A DNA stretch of 64,000 bases from Candidatus Thorarchaeota archaeon (lineage in GTDB: Archaea; Asgardarchaeota; Thorarchaeia; Thorarchaeales; Thorarchaeaceae), in assembly GCA_016840855.1 (NCBI GenBank), contig JAEORO010000060.1, positions 7,812 through 71,811 of the forward strand, written 5' to 3'. Made by a program: the position numbers and the translations under genes. Below the pieces are notes generated by a model. That model made no database searches and had not been told where the DNA came from. It saw nothing but the letters and a program-made list of their open reading frames with translations. Shown here one piece after another: positions 1 to 9,216 of this stretch (position 1 is the first letter of the stretch; every line of letters starts with the position of its first letter).

Positions 1-677
1 AATTTTGGTGCATCCAGAGCTTCACAGAAAAGCTTGTAGGTTTCATTAGACATGCCCATATTTTTCACATGCGGCGTCCACCATTTCAGTGGTGGTGTCC
101 ACGATTTCTGCATCGTGAACCATAGATTGACTGCTGCAACGACTGCACGAAAAGCATTCAGTTTTGAGTCATATACATATCCTCGTCGCTGGTTGATGTC
201 AGTATAGCCTAAAGCACCAAGTAGTGTGCAGTATTTGTTCTTGAGACGGTCAAGATGCTCCTCCTCTGGATATCTTGCAAGTTTTTGTCGCCACTCCTCT
301 AGTTTGCCCGATGGATCATGAATCACAACTCCCTCAACATATGGAAAGTGGTCCATGTCCAAGGGAGATTCCATCTGTTGTCTGAACCAAGCATTGGAGA
401 TTGGAGAGAAGTCAATCACAAGTTTTCTGGGTTCAACTGACTCGTCAAACTCTAGCCAGATTGTATCCTTGAGTTCAAGGCTATCATAATATTCTTCAGT
501 GACGTAGATCAGTGCGTCCCAGTCGGTGGTGGGGGTTCCAAAACCTGTAGCTCTACTCCCCCAAATCATCACTCCTAGTACATGTGGTTCTTTTACTAAT
601 CCCTCAAGACGGTCTCGGACCATCTTGTCATCTATCTCCGCAATGGTCTTCACAATTGGAATCCGAGTTTCGTTCAT
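1..677 (-). CDS. Pol-beta superfamily nucleotidyltransferase-fold protein, C-terminus cut by window edge
   Basis: ATG at 677-675 (minus) is preceded by an in-frame TAA, and my hand translation stays open to position 1. It is absent from the ORF track because it runs off the window. Translation: MNETRIPIVKTIAEIDDKMV...VMIWGSRATGFGTPTTDWDALIYV. This carries the minimal NTase signature G-S-x(n)-D-x-D, followed by a helical region. Confidence 0.6.
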   Translation of the reverse strand, partial: MNETRIPIVKTIAEIDDKMVRDRLEGLVKEPHVLGVMIWGSRATGFGTPTTDWDALIYVTEEYYDSLELKDTIWLEFDESVEPRKLVIDFSPISNAWFRQQMESPLDMDHFPYVEGVVIHDPSGKLEEWRQKLARYPEEEHLDRLKNKYCTLLGALGYTDINQRRGYVYDSKLNAFRAVVAAVNLWFTMQKSWTPPLKWWTPHVKNMGMSNETYKLFCEALDAPK

Positions 678-793
678 TTACTATCGCCTTAATCGGTTAT
701 TGTAAGTAATGAACATTAAAGCATGATTGTTTGCGCGGGAAAACAGTAGATTGATACAAGAACATAGTTGCTAGAGCGATTATAAAAAGTGAA

Positions 794-858
794 GGCGCCA
801 CACCGCCGGGAAGCGGAAACGACAGACACTAAAAGTCGTGATTAGGGACCGTGGCGCT
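794..858. ncRNA. Candidate structured small RNA (hairpin with internal branches), strand unresolved
   Basis: 8-bp helix GGCGCCAC (794-801) / GTGGCGCT (851-858). It encloses ACGAC (819-823) / GTCGT (835-839) and a CCGC/GCGG mini-helix. GC-rich island in an AT-rich 260-nt gap. No family assignment possible by eye. Confidence 0.25.
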
Positions 859-939
859 CAACATATAGGAGTTCTACTCAGGTCTAATAAAGACCTAGAA
901 TTTTGACGAGATTAAATTGAGCCTATCTGACAAATTACT

Positions 940-1140
940 ATGACAGACACAGTATTAATCTCATTCGTGAAACAATTTTCAAGAGAGCAGCTTCAAGCCA
1001 TAGATTCAGCCTTATGCATCCTCGATCCAGATGAATATCGCGATTATCACGACCAGTTCGGTATATGCAATGCTCCAGACTGTATTGAAACATTAAGAAA
1101 AGAGATTCGTGCTGCTCTTGAGAGGAGCACTAAGACTTAG
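940..1140 (+). CDS. Hypothetical small protein (66 aa)
   Basis: ORF track only; no recognisable motif. Confidence 0.3.
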   Translation: MTDTVLISFVKQFSREQLQAIDSALCILDPDEYRDYHDQFGICNAPDCIETLRKEIRAALERSTKT

Positions 1141-1141
1141 T

Positions 1142-1405
1142 CTACGCTAGGAGGAATTCTGGCGGAAACAGAATGAAATACTCAATGACAACGGAGAGTA
1201 CAATACCACCTAGGATAAGCCCCTTCCCTCTCTTTGGATTGACATCTGTAAACCAGAGTATAGCACCAATGAGTACTATGATGACCCCTGATATTTGGCC
1301 AATGAAGATTAGAAAATCCCAAATCTCAGCGAAGTACGCACCTATCATCTGTACAAAGTTCTGAAGTGGAGACTGCAAAAGTATAGGATTCATCCTCTCA
1401 ACCAA
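1142..1405 (-). CDS. Small membrane protein with two hydrophobic helices separated by a basic loop (NPKRGKG)
   Basis: ORF track. The hydrophobic segments IFIGQISGVIIVLIGAILWF and LILGGIVLSVVIEYFILF give a hairpin topology. Function unknown. Confidence 0.4.
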   Translation of the reverse strand: MVERMNPILLQSPLQNFVQMIGAYFAEIWDFLIFIGQISGVIIVLIGAILWFTDVNPKRGKGLILGGIVLSVVIEYFILFPPEFLLA

Positions 1406-1456
1406 CGAGTGTGTGTTTGTATAGTGATTTAAGGTCCTAGCAGATTGAAAGAGAAA

Positions 1457-1900
1457 TTACAGGAACGATTTTGCTCCATAAAACCGACGCGCATCTAGAG
1501 TGAGTAATGCAATAGCTTCAGCTGCTGCAAAAAGGTCAATGACAAGGTATAGACCCATGAGATAGCTTGTGACGTAAATGAGAATCGAGAAGGTTAATGG
1601 GGTCAATAGGGTAATTATCGTACTCATTGCTATCCCATATCGCCAGCCATTCAAACTCCTCTTCCACACCCAGTTTACAGTAAGTATGTCTAATGCTCCT
1701 ATAATAAAATAGATTGAAGGTGGTGATATTGCCATAAGGTCAAGTCCTGGTACACCCAGACGACTAGCAAATTTAACAAAGATAATCCAATTGAAGACGA
1801 TAAGGAGCATGCCTCTAGTAGTTTGGAGTAATGTACCTAATATAACACCATTTGATCTTGGTGGACGAGTTTTAAACTCCTTTTCAGAGAATTCCCTCAA
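1457..1900 (-). CDS. Integral membrane protein (about 4 TM), unknown function
   Basis: ORF track; several long hydrophobic stretches. Confidence 0.45.
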   Translation of the reverse strand: MREFSEKEFKTRPPRSNGVILGTLLQTTRGMLLIVFNWIIFVKFASRLGVPGLDLMAISPPSIYFIIGALDILTVNWVWKRSLNGWRYGIAMSTIITLLTPLTFSILIYVTSYLMGLYLVIDLFAAAEAIALLTLDARRFYGAKSFL

Positions 1901-1973
1901 TCTCTTTTACCCTCTAATCAATCAGATGTACAGTTCTTCTGTTTTGTGGTTAGAGAATGAATTAGATGAGCAG

Positions 1974-2082
1974 TGGTGGGCCCGGGGAGATTTGAACTCC
2001 CGACCCCCGCCTTGCAGAGTGAAAGAGCTGAAGCTCAAACACGTATCAGAGCGGTGCTATAACCAGTCTAAGCCACGGGCCC
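1974..2082 (-). tRNA. tRNA-Ile (anticodon GAU) with 31-nt intron at canonical 37/38, CCA encoded
   Basis: Reverse complement folds by hand as GGGCCCG-TG-GCTT..TAGC-A-CCGCT-CTGATA[31 nt]A-GGCGG-GGGTC-GGGAG-TTCAAAT-CTCCC-CGGGCCC-A-CCA. Segment lengths sum to 78 + 31 = 109 nt. Confidence 0.8.
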
Positions 2083-2322
2083 ATGAGCAAGAGTTGCTGG
2101 TGCGGTCTGGATAAAAAGATTATGACTGCGCAATCTTCGAATTGCTCAGCAATACATCAGGTGTCAGAAACTGTTTAGTGTCAGTTTTATTGAACCACCT
2201 ACATGAAAAAACTAATCGCAGCTGGCATTCTGATTGTCCTTGTTATTGTTGTTGGAATATTGTTTTTGTTAGGGAGTGTCAATTAGCAAATTGGGAGTAT
2301 GTTTGATATTGAAGTATTATTC

Positions 2323-3216
2323 TCACAATACTTCAGGAGCAATTTTCCTGATGAAATCAAGAGACTCTCTTGCTTCATTCATACTCAGTTCAAAAATGAT
2401 AGGACCATCAAACTTGTCTTTTACCAACTCCAGTAGAAACTCGCGTAGCAATTTCTCGCCCATTATTCCTCGACCGAGAGCGATGTGATCTTCATTAACA
2501 ACCGTATCGTCATCCTCCTTGGCAGCATCCTGCAGATGAATCTCCACCATTCTATCTTTGTGTGTTTCATAGAAGTCCATGATTGACTCAGTGCCAGACA
2601 TCTGTGCCAAAAGGTGTGCCGTGTCGAAACAGATGCCAGTGTCTAAATCGTCAACTACCTCTCGCAGGATATGATAGGGAAAATCCACATTCTCAATAGC
2701 CAATTTGTGTGGGTTGATTTCTGTTCTACTGACTATATCTTCAACGCTTGCAGCTGCAAACCCAGCCAATAGTTGTCGAATCAAACGAATCAGATTTGAA
2801 TCATAATTTTGGTTTGAGAAGTTAGCAGCCATATCACCTGATGCATGTAAAACATAAACTTCTGGCTCAAGAAGTTTGGCAAGTTCAATTGCTTCAATGA
2901 TACTGTCAACACTACCTTTTCTCACATGTTCGTTGAAAGTAGCCAGTTCTAAGGACCAAAATGGGAGATGTGCAGTATAAGAGAAACCTAATTCATCCTT
3001 TAGGTCTAACAGTTGACTGATTGATTCTGGTGTGATTGAGCTTGGAACTATGTGTTTCGCATCCATTGTGATTTCTATAACTGAGTAGGAATCTAACATC
3101 GCCTCTCTTACAACGTCCGCAACATTAAGACGAGAAAAGTCAGGAACACCATCGACCACTACTTTTTGAGCCACTTCAAGAAATTCTAGAGCTGTTGTAC
3201 CAAACTTTAGAGGCAT
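2323..3216 (-). CDS. Sugar phosphate isomerase/epimerase (xylose isomerase-like TIM barrel)
   Basis: 297-aa ORF. Motifs typical of the family: YVLHASGD, ICFDTAHLL, VEIHLQD. Confidence 0.7.
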   Translation of the reverse strand: MPLKFGTTALEFLEVAQKVVVDGVPDFSRLNVADVVREAMLDSYSVIEITMDAKHIVPSSITPESISQLLDLKDELGFSYTAHLPFWSLELATFNEHVRKGSVDSIIEAIELAKLLEPEVYVLHASGDMAANFSNQNYDSNLIRLIRQLLAGFAAASVEDIVSRTEINPHKLAIENVDFPYHILREVVDDLDTGICFDTAHLLAQMSGTESIMDFYETHKDRMVEIHLQDAAKEDDDTVVNEDHIALGRGIMGEKLLREFLLELVKDKFDGPIIFELSMNEARESLDFIRKIAPEVL

Positions 3217-3321
3217 AAATTAGGCATCTCCATTCTGTTCTCATAGAAATCCTCCCGATAAATGTACCATAGTATGAAAGACATATACGTTGGTTCTTCA
3301 TCAAATCTTACAGTGACAACA

Positions 3322-3999
3322 ATGACAATTACCATTCGATACTTAGCACATGCGAGTTTTCAAATCAAAGATGGAAATCAGAATATATACATCGACCCTT
3401 CTACCAAAAACACAGGTCTCAAGAAAGATGCTTTTCAACCAGCAGATTTGATATTAGTCACTCATGGGCATGAGGATCATTTTGACAAAGACCTAATCAA
3501 GAAGATTCGGAAGCCGGGGAACCCTGTACTTGCTTCAGAGAGTCTAAAGAAAGAGCTGAAAGGAGTAGCAGTGTGGGACATGAGTCCAGGACAATACATG
3601 AAAATGCTGTTCAGCGACGCTCAAATTTGGGCGACTGAGGCCTATAACGTAAAGAGAGTTCGACCAAATGGACAACCATTTCATCCGAAAGGATTTGGCA
3701 TGGGATTTATCTTAAAGATTGGAGAGAAGAGAATTTACCATGCCGGTGACACTGATTTGATTCCTGAGATGGAAAAACTGGCAGAGATTGATTTGGATGT
3801 AGCTCTTCTTCCTAGCGGAGATACATACACAATGGATGTCAATGAAGCTGCAGAAGCTGCATTGATTATCAAACCCAAGGTCGCAATCCCAATGCACCTG
3901 AAAGGAGCAGATGCAACAGTCTTCAAAGAAAAGGTGGAGTCCCAATCAAATATCAAAGTAGTCATTCTTGGTGAGGGAGAAGAATATACTTTGGAATAG
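3322..3999 (+). CDS. Metallo-beta-lactamase-fold hydrolase (UPF0173-like)
   Basis: ITIRYLAHASFQI..IYIDP...LILVTHGHEDHFD (HxHxDH motif). Start taken at the internal ATG (M21 of the track ORF), which matches the family N-terminus. Confidence 0.8.
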   Translation: MTITIRYLAHASFQIKDGNQNIYIDPSTKNTGLKKDAFQPADLILVTHGHEDHFDKDLIKKIRKPGNPVLASESLKKELKGVAVWDMSPGQYMKMLFSDAQIWATEAYNVKRVRPNGQPFHPKGFGMGFILKIGEKRIYHAGDTDLIPEMEKLAEIDLDVALLPSGDTYTMDVNEAAEAALIIKPKVAIPMHLKGADATVFKEKVESQSNIKVVILGEGEEYTLE

Positions 4000-4014
4000 A
4001 ATCGAATAGAAGAG

Positions 4015-4033
4015 CAGGTAGCTTAGCTACCTG
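4015..4033. terminator. Palindromic hairpin between convergent genes
   Basis: CAGGTAGC (4015-4022) TTA GCTACCTG (4026-4033), in the 56-nt gap between the convergent stops at 3999 and 4056. Confidence 0.35.
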
Positions 4034-4055
4034 TTCATTCTAAGCGTGTTTGTGT

Positions 4056-4532
4056 TTACATTTTTCGAAGAGCATGAGATTCTATGACGGGATCCACTTC
4101 AAGGACTTCAACCTTGAGCATCTTGTCACCCTGGTGTATACTCTTGACAACATCCATACCTTCCACTGTTTTTCCAAAAACTGTGTGCCCACCATCTAGA
4201 TGTTTGGTCTTTTCTCTGGTTAATACTACGAAAAATTGGCTTCCAGCCGTATCTTTTCCAGCGTGCGCCATCGAAAAGGATCCAGGTTCATGTCTTTGTC
4301 TTGGACCACTGGTTTCACATGGAATGCGATATCCAGGGCCACCAGTCCCATTGCCAATGGGGCAACCTCCTTGAATAACAAACTCTGGGATGACTCTGTG
4401 AAAGGTAAGACCATCGTAGTATCCACTCTGCGCGAGTGTCACAAAATTCTTGACCGTGTTTATTGCATCATCATTCCATAGTTCCCCAATGATGTCCCCA
4501 CGATTCGTCTGTATCTTTATTCTTGTTGGCAA
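4056..4532 (-). CDS. Peptidyl-prolyl cis-trans isomerase, cyclophilin type
   Basis: [24 protein letters not shown]...[19 protein letters not shown] start. Confidence 0.9.
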   Translation of the reverse strand: MPTRIKIQTNRGDIIGELWNDDAINTVKNFVTLAQSGYYDGLTFHRVIPEFVIQGGCPIGNGTGGPGYRIPCETSGPRQRHEPGSFSMAHAGKDTAGSQFFVVLTREKTKHLDGGHTVFGKTVEGMDVVKSIHQGDKMLKVEVLEVDPVIESHALRKM

Positions 4533-4650
4533 ATTCAGTCGCCTCTCTATCTCGGTCGTCCCAACCTTCTTAGAAGTTCCGGAAGACGCGATATAATCAT
4601 GGCGATGCCTATCTGCTTATTAGCAATTCTTGAGCTTCTTGCACGAGCAA

Positions 4651-5856
4651 ATGCCTATCGAGAAAAAGTACACTGAAGGAAGGACTACATTCCTGAGTGC
4701 AGATGTTGAATATTATAGTGGACAAAAGAAACAACCAACTGCAAGTTTGCCTGTGTTCTACAATCCAAGAATGCAACTAAACAGAGACCTCTCTGTACTA
4801 TTTCTTCGAGCCTACATGATGAAACATCCTGTTGAATTAATGTGTGAACCATTGACAGGCTCTGGTGTCAGGACTCTAAGATATCTCAATGAGTGTCGGG
4901 GTGACTTCAAGGCTATACTATGCGATGCCAACCCACTAGCTGCGGAAACAGCACAAAAAAATGTTGAAGCACTTGGATTTAGCAATCGAGCTGAAGTCGT
5001 CCATGGCGATGCCAAACTATTGTTGATGTCAAAATCAAGAGAACAGCGTTTTGATTTTGTTGATATTGATCCATTTGGGACACCTGCTCCTTACCTCTAT
5101 GCAGCGGTGCAGTCAATAAATCCAAGAGAGGGCTTACTGGCGATAACTGCAACTGATATGCCAGTTCTATGCGGAGTTCATCCTAAAATCGCGCTAAGAA
5201 GATATGGAGGGTTCTCTACTCGAACACCATACACTCATGAGATTGCAGTCAGACTTCTCAACGGGTTCATATACAATGTTGCTGGTGCTTGTGATTGTTC
5301 AATAAAGCCCCTTGCAGTATTAAGTACCGATCACTATGTCAGGACTTGGGTAAAGATTGAAGCAAATAGAACTGAGGCTAATCTCCAAGCGAGAGAAATA
5401 GGTACTATCCTATATTGTACAGGATGTATGCATTCGGAGATAAGAGCGCTTTCCATGAAAGTAGAAGATTCAAGTTTTGAGCACCAAAAGGATGGATGTA
5501 CTGGACCTATTCGTGTTGCAGGACCTTTGTGGATTGGGGAGTTATTTAGTACCGAATATCTCATGGACACTATAAAGGCACATGAGAATGTTGATAGGGA
5601 AACCTATCATCGAAGAGTTCCTGATATGCTTGAAAAAATGATGGGGGAGTCTGCTCTAACAAACAGACCATATATTGACATTCATTCATTGTGTGATTTA
5701 TACAATTTAACACCACCAAAAAACCAAATCATTATCGATGGGCTAAAAGAGCAGGGATTTGAAGTTACTAGAACCCATTTCAAACCCACAGCAATCAGGA
5801 CAACTGCTCCAGTGAGTGAAATCACGAGAATCATTATTGAACATACCAAGAGGTGA
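4651..5856 (+). CDS. trm1: tRNA (guanine26-N2)-dimethyltransferase Trm1
   Basis: VFYNPRMQLNRDLSV, DPFGTPAPY and a Cys cluster typical of Trm1. The ORF opens at TTG 4630; the ATG at 4651 is preferred. Confidence 0.9.
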   Translation: MPIEKKYTEGRTTFLSADVEYYSGQKKQPTASLPVFYNPRMQLNRDLSVLFLRAYMMKHPVELMCEPLTGSGVRTLRYLNECRGDFKAILCDANPLAAETAQKNVEALGFSNRAEVVHGDAKLLLMSKSREQRFDFVDIDPFGTPAPYLYAAVQSINPREGLLAITATDMPVLCGVHPKIALRRYGGFSTRTPYTHEIAVRLLNGFIYNVAGACDCSIKPLAVLSTDHYVRTWVKIEANRTEANLQAREIGTILYCTGCMHSEIRALSMKVEDSSFEHQKDGCTGPIRVAGPLWIGELFSTEYLMDTIKAHENVDRETYHRRVPDMLEKMMGESALTNRPYIDIHSLCDLYNLTPPKNQIIIDGLKEQGFEVTRTHFKPTAIRTTAPVSEITRIIIEHTKR

Positions 5857-5863
5857 CTATACG

Positions 5864-6490
5864 ATGGGACGACCACGAGGTGGGCAGAGAGAGCGAAAGA
5901 AAGAGCATTATTATAAAGCAGCTAAAAGGGAGGGGTATCGGAGTAGGTCTGCATACAAATTGAAGCAGATTGCCAAGAGCCACAAGCTCCTTCTGGGAGT
6001 CGATCGAGTGGTTGAACTCTGCTGCAGTCCAGGAGGGTGGACACAGGTTCTAAAGGAGCTCGATGCTAGTCTTCAGATTGTGGCTGTGGATTTAGATATG
6101 ATGTCACCATTAGAAGAAGTCAAGTTCATTCAGGGGGATATTCTTGATGAAAATGTAATAGAGAGGATAAAGCTACTCACAGGAGGTAGTGTTGACTTAG
6201 TTATTTCAGATTGCTCACCAAAAGTGAGTGGACATTGGGACTTGGATGTAGCAAGGCAGCTATCACTTGCAGAGGGAACTATCGATATTGCATTCAAATT
6301 ACTTGGAAATAGAGGAAAAGTATTAGCTAAAGTATTCCAGGGTCCTGGATTCCAAGAGTTTCATCAGTCAGTCAAAAACAGATTCAACTCTGTGAAACTG
6401 GTCAAACCAGACGCGTCGCGTAGAACTAGTGCTGAAATATATCTTCTTGCAATAGGACCTCGTGGACGAGGCTCGCAAAATAGTTCCTAG
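5864..6490 (+). CDS. rlmE: 23S rRNA 2'-O-methyltransferase RlmE/FtsJ
   Basis: YRSRSAYKLKQI...VELCCSPGGW...DLVISD. ATG at 5864 sits just after the trm1 stop. Confidence 0.85.
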   Translation: MGRPRGGQRERKKEHYYKAAKREGYRSRSAYKLKQIAKSHKLLLGVDRVVELCCSPGGWTQVLKELDASLQIVAVDLDMMSPLEEVKFIQGDILDENVIERIKLLTGGSVDLVISDCSPKVSGHWDLDVARQLSLAEGTIDIAFKLLGNRGKVLAKVFQGPGFQEFHQSVKNRFNSVKLVKPDASRRTSAEIYLLAIGPRGRGSQNSS

Positions 6491-6846
6491 CTAGTCGCTT
6501 TGCCCAAGTCGGTGCCTAGCCATTCCTCAAGCTCTCTACATGTGACTGGAGAGTCCGGTTGTCTGATTCCGCATCTGCCAATCTTCAGGCAATGGAAACA
6601 CGGGCAACCATTCATATCGGATAGACCACCGGCATCAGCATCCTCAACGACGTGAGTTCTTATGATGTATCTTTCTTTTTCGAGTTCTTGTTTCTGCATT
6701 ATTCGTCCCTCAGACATTAATGTGGTGATTATTGGTGCAATCTCTTGAGAGTCGATACCAAGCCTATCCGCGAGTTCCCCGATGAGTAGACCATTCTCAC
6801 CTGCGTCGCGCAGTGCGTTCAGGATCTGGTCGCTATCATCTTTCAT
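6487..6846 (-). CDS. Winged-helix protein with C-terminal 4-Cys module, TFE-beta / RPC34-like (tentative)
   Basis: N-terminal wHTH (ILNALRDAGENGLLIGELADRLGIDSQEI). C-terminal PCFHC-x5-C-x11-C-x5-WL resembles the Fe-S domain pattern of RPC34/TFE-beta. Confidence 0.5.
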   Translation of the reverse strand: MKDDSDQILNALRDAGENGLLIGELADRLGIDSQEIAPIITTLMSEGRIMQKQELEKERYIIRTHVVEDADAGGLSDMNGCPCFHCLKIGRCGIRQPDSPVTCRELEEWLGTDLGKATS

Positions 6847-6976
6847 TGAAATGACCTTGAATAGACACGTGGCAACATCAAACGAACTACACAAGATGAT
6901 ATTTAATTATCGGAAGCTGCTAACCATTATCGTCAAATGTCGTATTCAATTATGCATAAATGTACACTAGTGTACA

Positions 6977-7222
6977 TCAATTTTTCTTTAGGTAAAGCAT
7001 CTGGCCAACCATTTTTGACGTGTCCAATCCAGATCGTGGGCGAACAGAAACATAAGGCTCCTTAACAGGTCCAAAGACATCAATGATTACACCAACTTCT
7101 TGTGCTTTGCTATCAAGCACGACAGAGCGAGACCCCACGGATGGTGTTTTATCTGTACGTAGAATTATCGATCCACGCTTAGAAATATGAAGAACTTTTC
7201 CCAAACGCCTCAATAGACACAC
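6977..7222 (-). CDS. gar1: H/ACA RNP protein Gar1
   Basis: RRLGKVLHISKRGSIILRT...VGVIIDVFGPVKEPYVSVRP is the archaeal Gar1 signature. GTG start. Confidence 0.85.
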   Translation of the reverse strand: MCLLRRLGKVLHISKRGSIILRTDKTPSVGSRSVVLDSKAQEVGVIIDVFGPVKEPYVSVRPRSGLDTSKMVGQMLYLKKN

Positions 7223-7236
7223 CTACTCAACCAGGA

Positions 7237-7656
7237 TTATTTTCTGCGTTTCTTCTTTCCCTTTTTCTTCTTTTCAGCAAGAGTCCGAGCTGATTCTCGT
7301 TGAGCTACAGCTCTTCTAACACCTTTCGCGAGCATGAGTAACACTCGCTTTTTCTTATGCTTCTCAGGATTTTCTACAAGCATATAGCCATTATATTCTG
7401 TAAAACCACGAGGGTATTCTTTGTTGGATTCGCTCTCATACTCAAAACCTGACGACTCAGCAGCTGCCTCTAGGATTTTCAAGGTGACATTTGAAGCAGC
7501 CAAATTACTTGATACTCTACGACCTTGCATCCTTGTGAGATTCTTTTCGAAATATGCAGGCCAAATAATCAGCTTCCCATCGTGTTTTCTCATTCTAAGA
7601 TGCTTCCAAGTTCTTTTCATTCTCTCAAGTTCTGATGCTCTTTTTACCTTTCGCAT
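7237..7656 (-). CDS. srp19: Signal recognition particle protein SRP19 with Lys-rich C-terminal tail
   Basis: LIIWPAYFEKNLTRMQGRRVS motif. The true start may be an internal Met (e.g. MRKHDGKLIIWP). Confidence 0.85.
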   Translation of the reverse strand: MRKVKRASELERMKRTWKHLRMRKHDGKLIIWPAYFEKNLTRMQGRRVSSNLAASNVTLKILEAAAESSGFEYESESNKEYPRGFTEYNGYMLVENPEKHKKKRVLLMLAKGVRRAVAQRESARTLAEKKKKGKKKRRK

Positions 7657-7751
7657 CTGAGGATTGATATTGAAAACATTCTCGAGAAATGATGAACTTG
7701 ATAAGTCAGTAAGCTAGCCACCTAACAACTGAACCAGAGGATGAAACATAC

Positions 7752-8225
7752 TTGACCAGAAAGAGCAAGGATATTTACTTTGCAGAGATTGCAGATTTGG
7801 TTTCTTCACGAAGTACATGCTTGAGAAATCAAGTTGGAGCAGTTATCGTTAAAGATTCCCAAATTCTTAGCACAGGATATAATGGTGCTCCTAAAAAAAT
7901 TCCACATTGTGAAGATATAGGATGCCTTAGAGAGGATCTTGGTGTAAAGCCTGGAGAACGTCATGAGTTGTGTAGGGGCTTGCATGCTGAACAGAATGCC
8001 ATCATTCAGGCAGCATTTCACGGAGTAAGTGTAAGTAATGCTAAGATTTACTGCACAACACGGCCTTGCAGCATCTGTACGAAGATGCTCATCAATGCAG
8101 GAATTCATGAGATTATCTACATCGAGGAATATGAGGATGAACTAGCTGCACAACTTGTGAAAGAAGCAGGTCTTAGTCTACGTCGTGTTGAAGTTCCTAG
8201 AAAGTATGGTAGGAATTCAAAATAG
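7752..8225 (+). CDS. dCMP deaminase (cytidine/deoxycytidylate deaminase zinc-binding family)
   Basis: HAEQNAI and [13 protein letters not shown] motifs. TTG start. Confidence 0.8.
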   Translation: MTRKSKDIYFAEIADLVSSRSTCLRNQVGAVIVKDSQILSTGYNGAPKKIPHCEDIGCLREDLGVKPGERHELCRGLHAEQNAIIQAAFHGVSVSNAKIYCTTRPCSICTKMLINAGIHEIIYIEEYEDELAAQLVKEAGLSLRRVEVPRKYGRNSK

Positions 8226-8301
8226 CTATATCCGTGAGGCGCTCATCTGGAAAGGTTAAAGAAGAAGATTGGTTTGTTCCAGCTTGAGTGGGTGTCGTCA
8301 T

Positions 8302-9216
8302 ATGGGAGAACTTCAGAATCTGATTAGTATCCATGACTTGGATAGGAAGATGATAGACCATATCCTTGACACTGCAGCAGAAATGGAGTCAGTTGCAGTG
8401 AATCGAAGTAAGATTCTAGACTCAAAAATCATGGCGGTCTTATTCTTCGAACCTTCTACACGTACGCGCCTCTCTTTTGAGAGTGCGATGCTTAGACTTG
8501 GTGGAAGTGTTATTGGTTTTGCAGAAGCAGGGGTGTCAAGTGCAGGCGGAAAAGGGGAAACTCTTGCTGATACAATACGAACTGTTGAAAGATACGCGGA
8601 TATTATTGTTATTCGCCATCCATTGGATGGATCTGCAAGAGTGTCTGCTGAGTTTTCTAAGATTCCTGTAATAAACGCTGGTAGTGGTTCTGAAGAGCAT
8701 CCAACTCAAGCTTTGCTCGATCTTTATTCGATTCGTAAAATGAAGGGGAAAATCGACGGTCTCTCTATATCCCTCTGTGGAGACCTCAAGTATGGTCGGA
8801 CAGTTCATTCTCTGGGAATGGCGCTTAGTCATTATGATGTCAAAATCAAACTTGCTGCACCTCAAGCACTCAGAATGAAGCCAGCTATTATTGAACAGAT
8901 GAAAAAATCTGGAGCTGATGTCGTAGAAGTGGAAACTGTCGAAGAGGCTGTGAAAGATGTAGATGTGATATATACAACACGTATACAGAAGGAACGTTTT
9001 CCTGATGTTCGAGAATATGATAAAGTAAAAGACAGATTCCGAATTACAGTAGATGATTTGAACTTAATGAGGGAAGACACGATAATATTGCATCCTCTAC
9101 CAAGAGTGGATGAACTTGACCCCGAAATTGATAATACGCCTCATGCAAAATACTTCGACCAAGTATACAATGGAGTAATCCTGAGGATGGCTGTGTTAAA
9201 GCTGATTCTTGGTTAA
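8302..9216 (+). CDS. pyrB: Aspartate carbamoyltransferase catalytic subunit
   Basis: FFEPSTRTRLSFESA, HPTQALLD, HPLPRV. No pyrI is adjacent. Confidence 0.95.
   Translation: MGELQNLISIHDLDRKMIDHILDTAAEMESVAVNRSKILDSKIMAVLFFEPSTRTRLSFESAMLRLGGSVIGFAEAGVSSAGGKGETLADTIRTVERYADIIVIRHPLDGSARVSAEFSKIPVINAGSGSEEHPTQALLDLYSIRKMKGKIDGLSISLCGDLKYGRTVHSLGMALSHYDVKIKLAAPQALRMKPAIIEQMKKSGADVVEVETVEEAVKDVDVIYTTRIQKERFPDVREYDKVKDRFRITVDDLNLMREDTIILHPLPRVDELDPEIDNTPHAKYFDQVYNGVILRMAVLKLILG

Noticed and set aside
1791-2114. 107-aa plus-strand ORF
   Set aside because: It spans the tRNA-Ile gene (1974-2082, minus) and the antisense of a membrane-protein gene. Its composition is not protein-like, and the tRNA explains the sequence.
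2203-2286. 27-codon ORF encoding a single hydrophobic helix (MKKLIAAGILIVLVIVVGILFLLGSVN)
   Set aside because: It could be a micro-membrane-protein. However, there is no recognisable ribosome-binding or promoter context and no way to test conservation here. It is too short to support.
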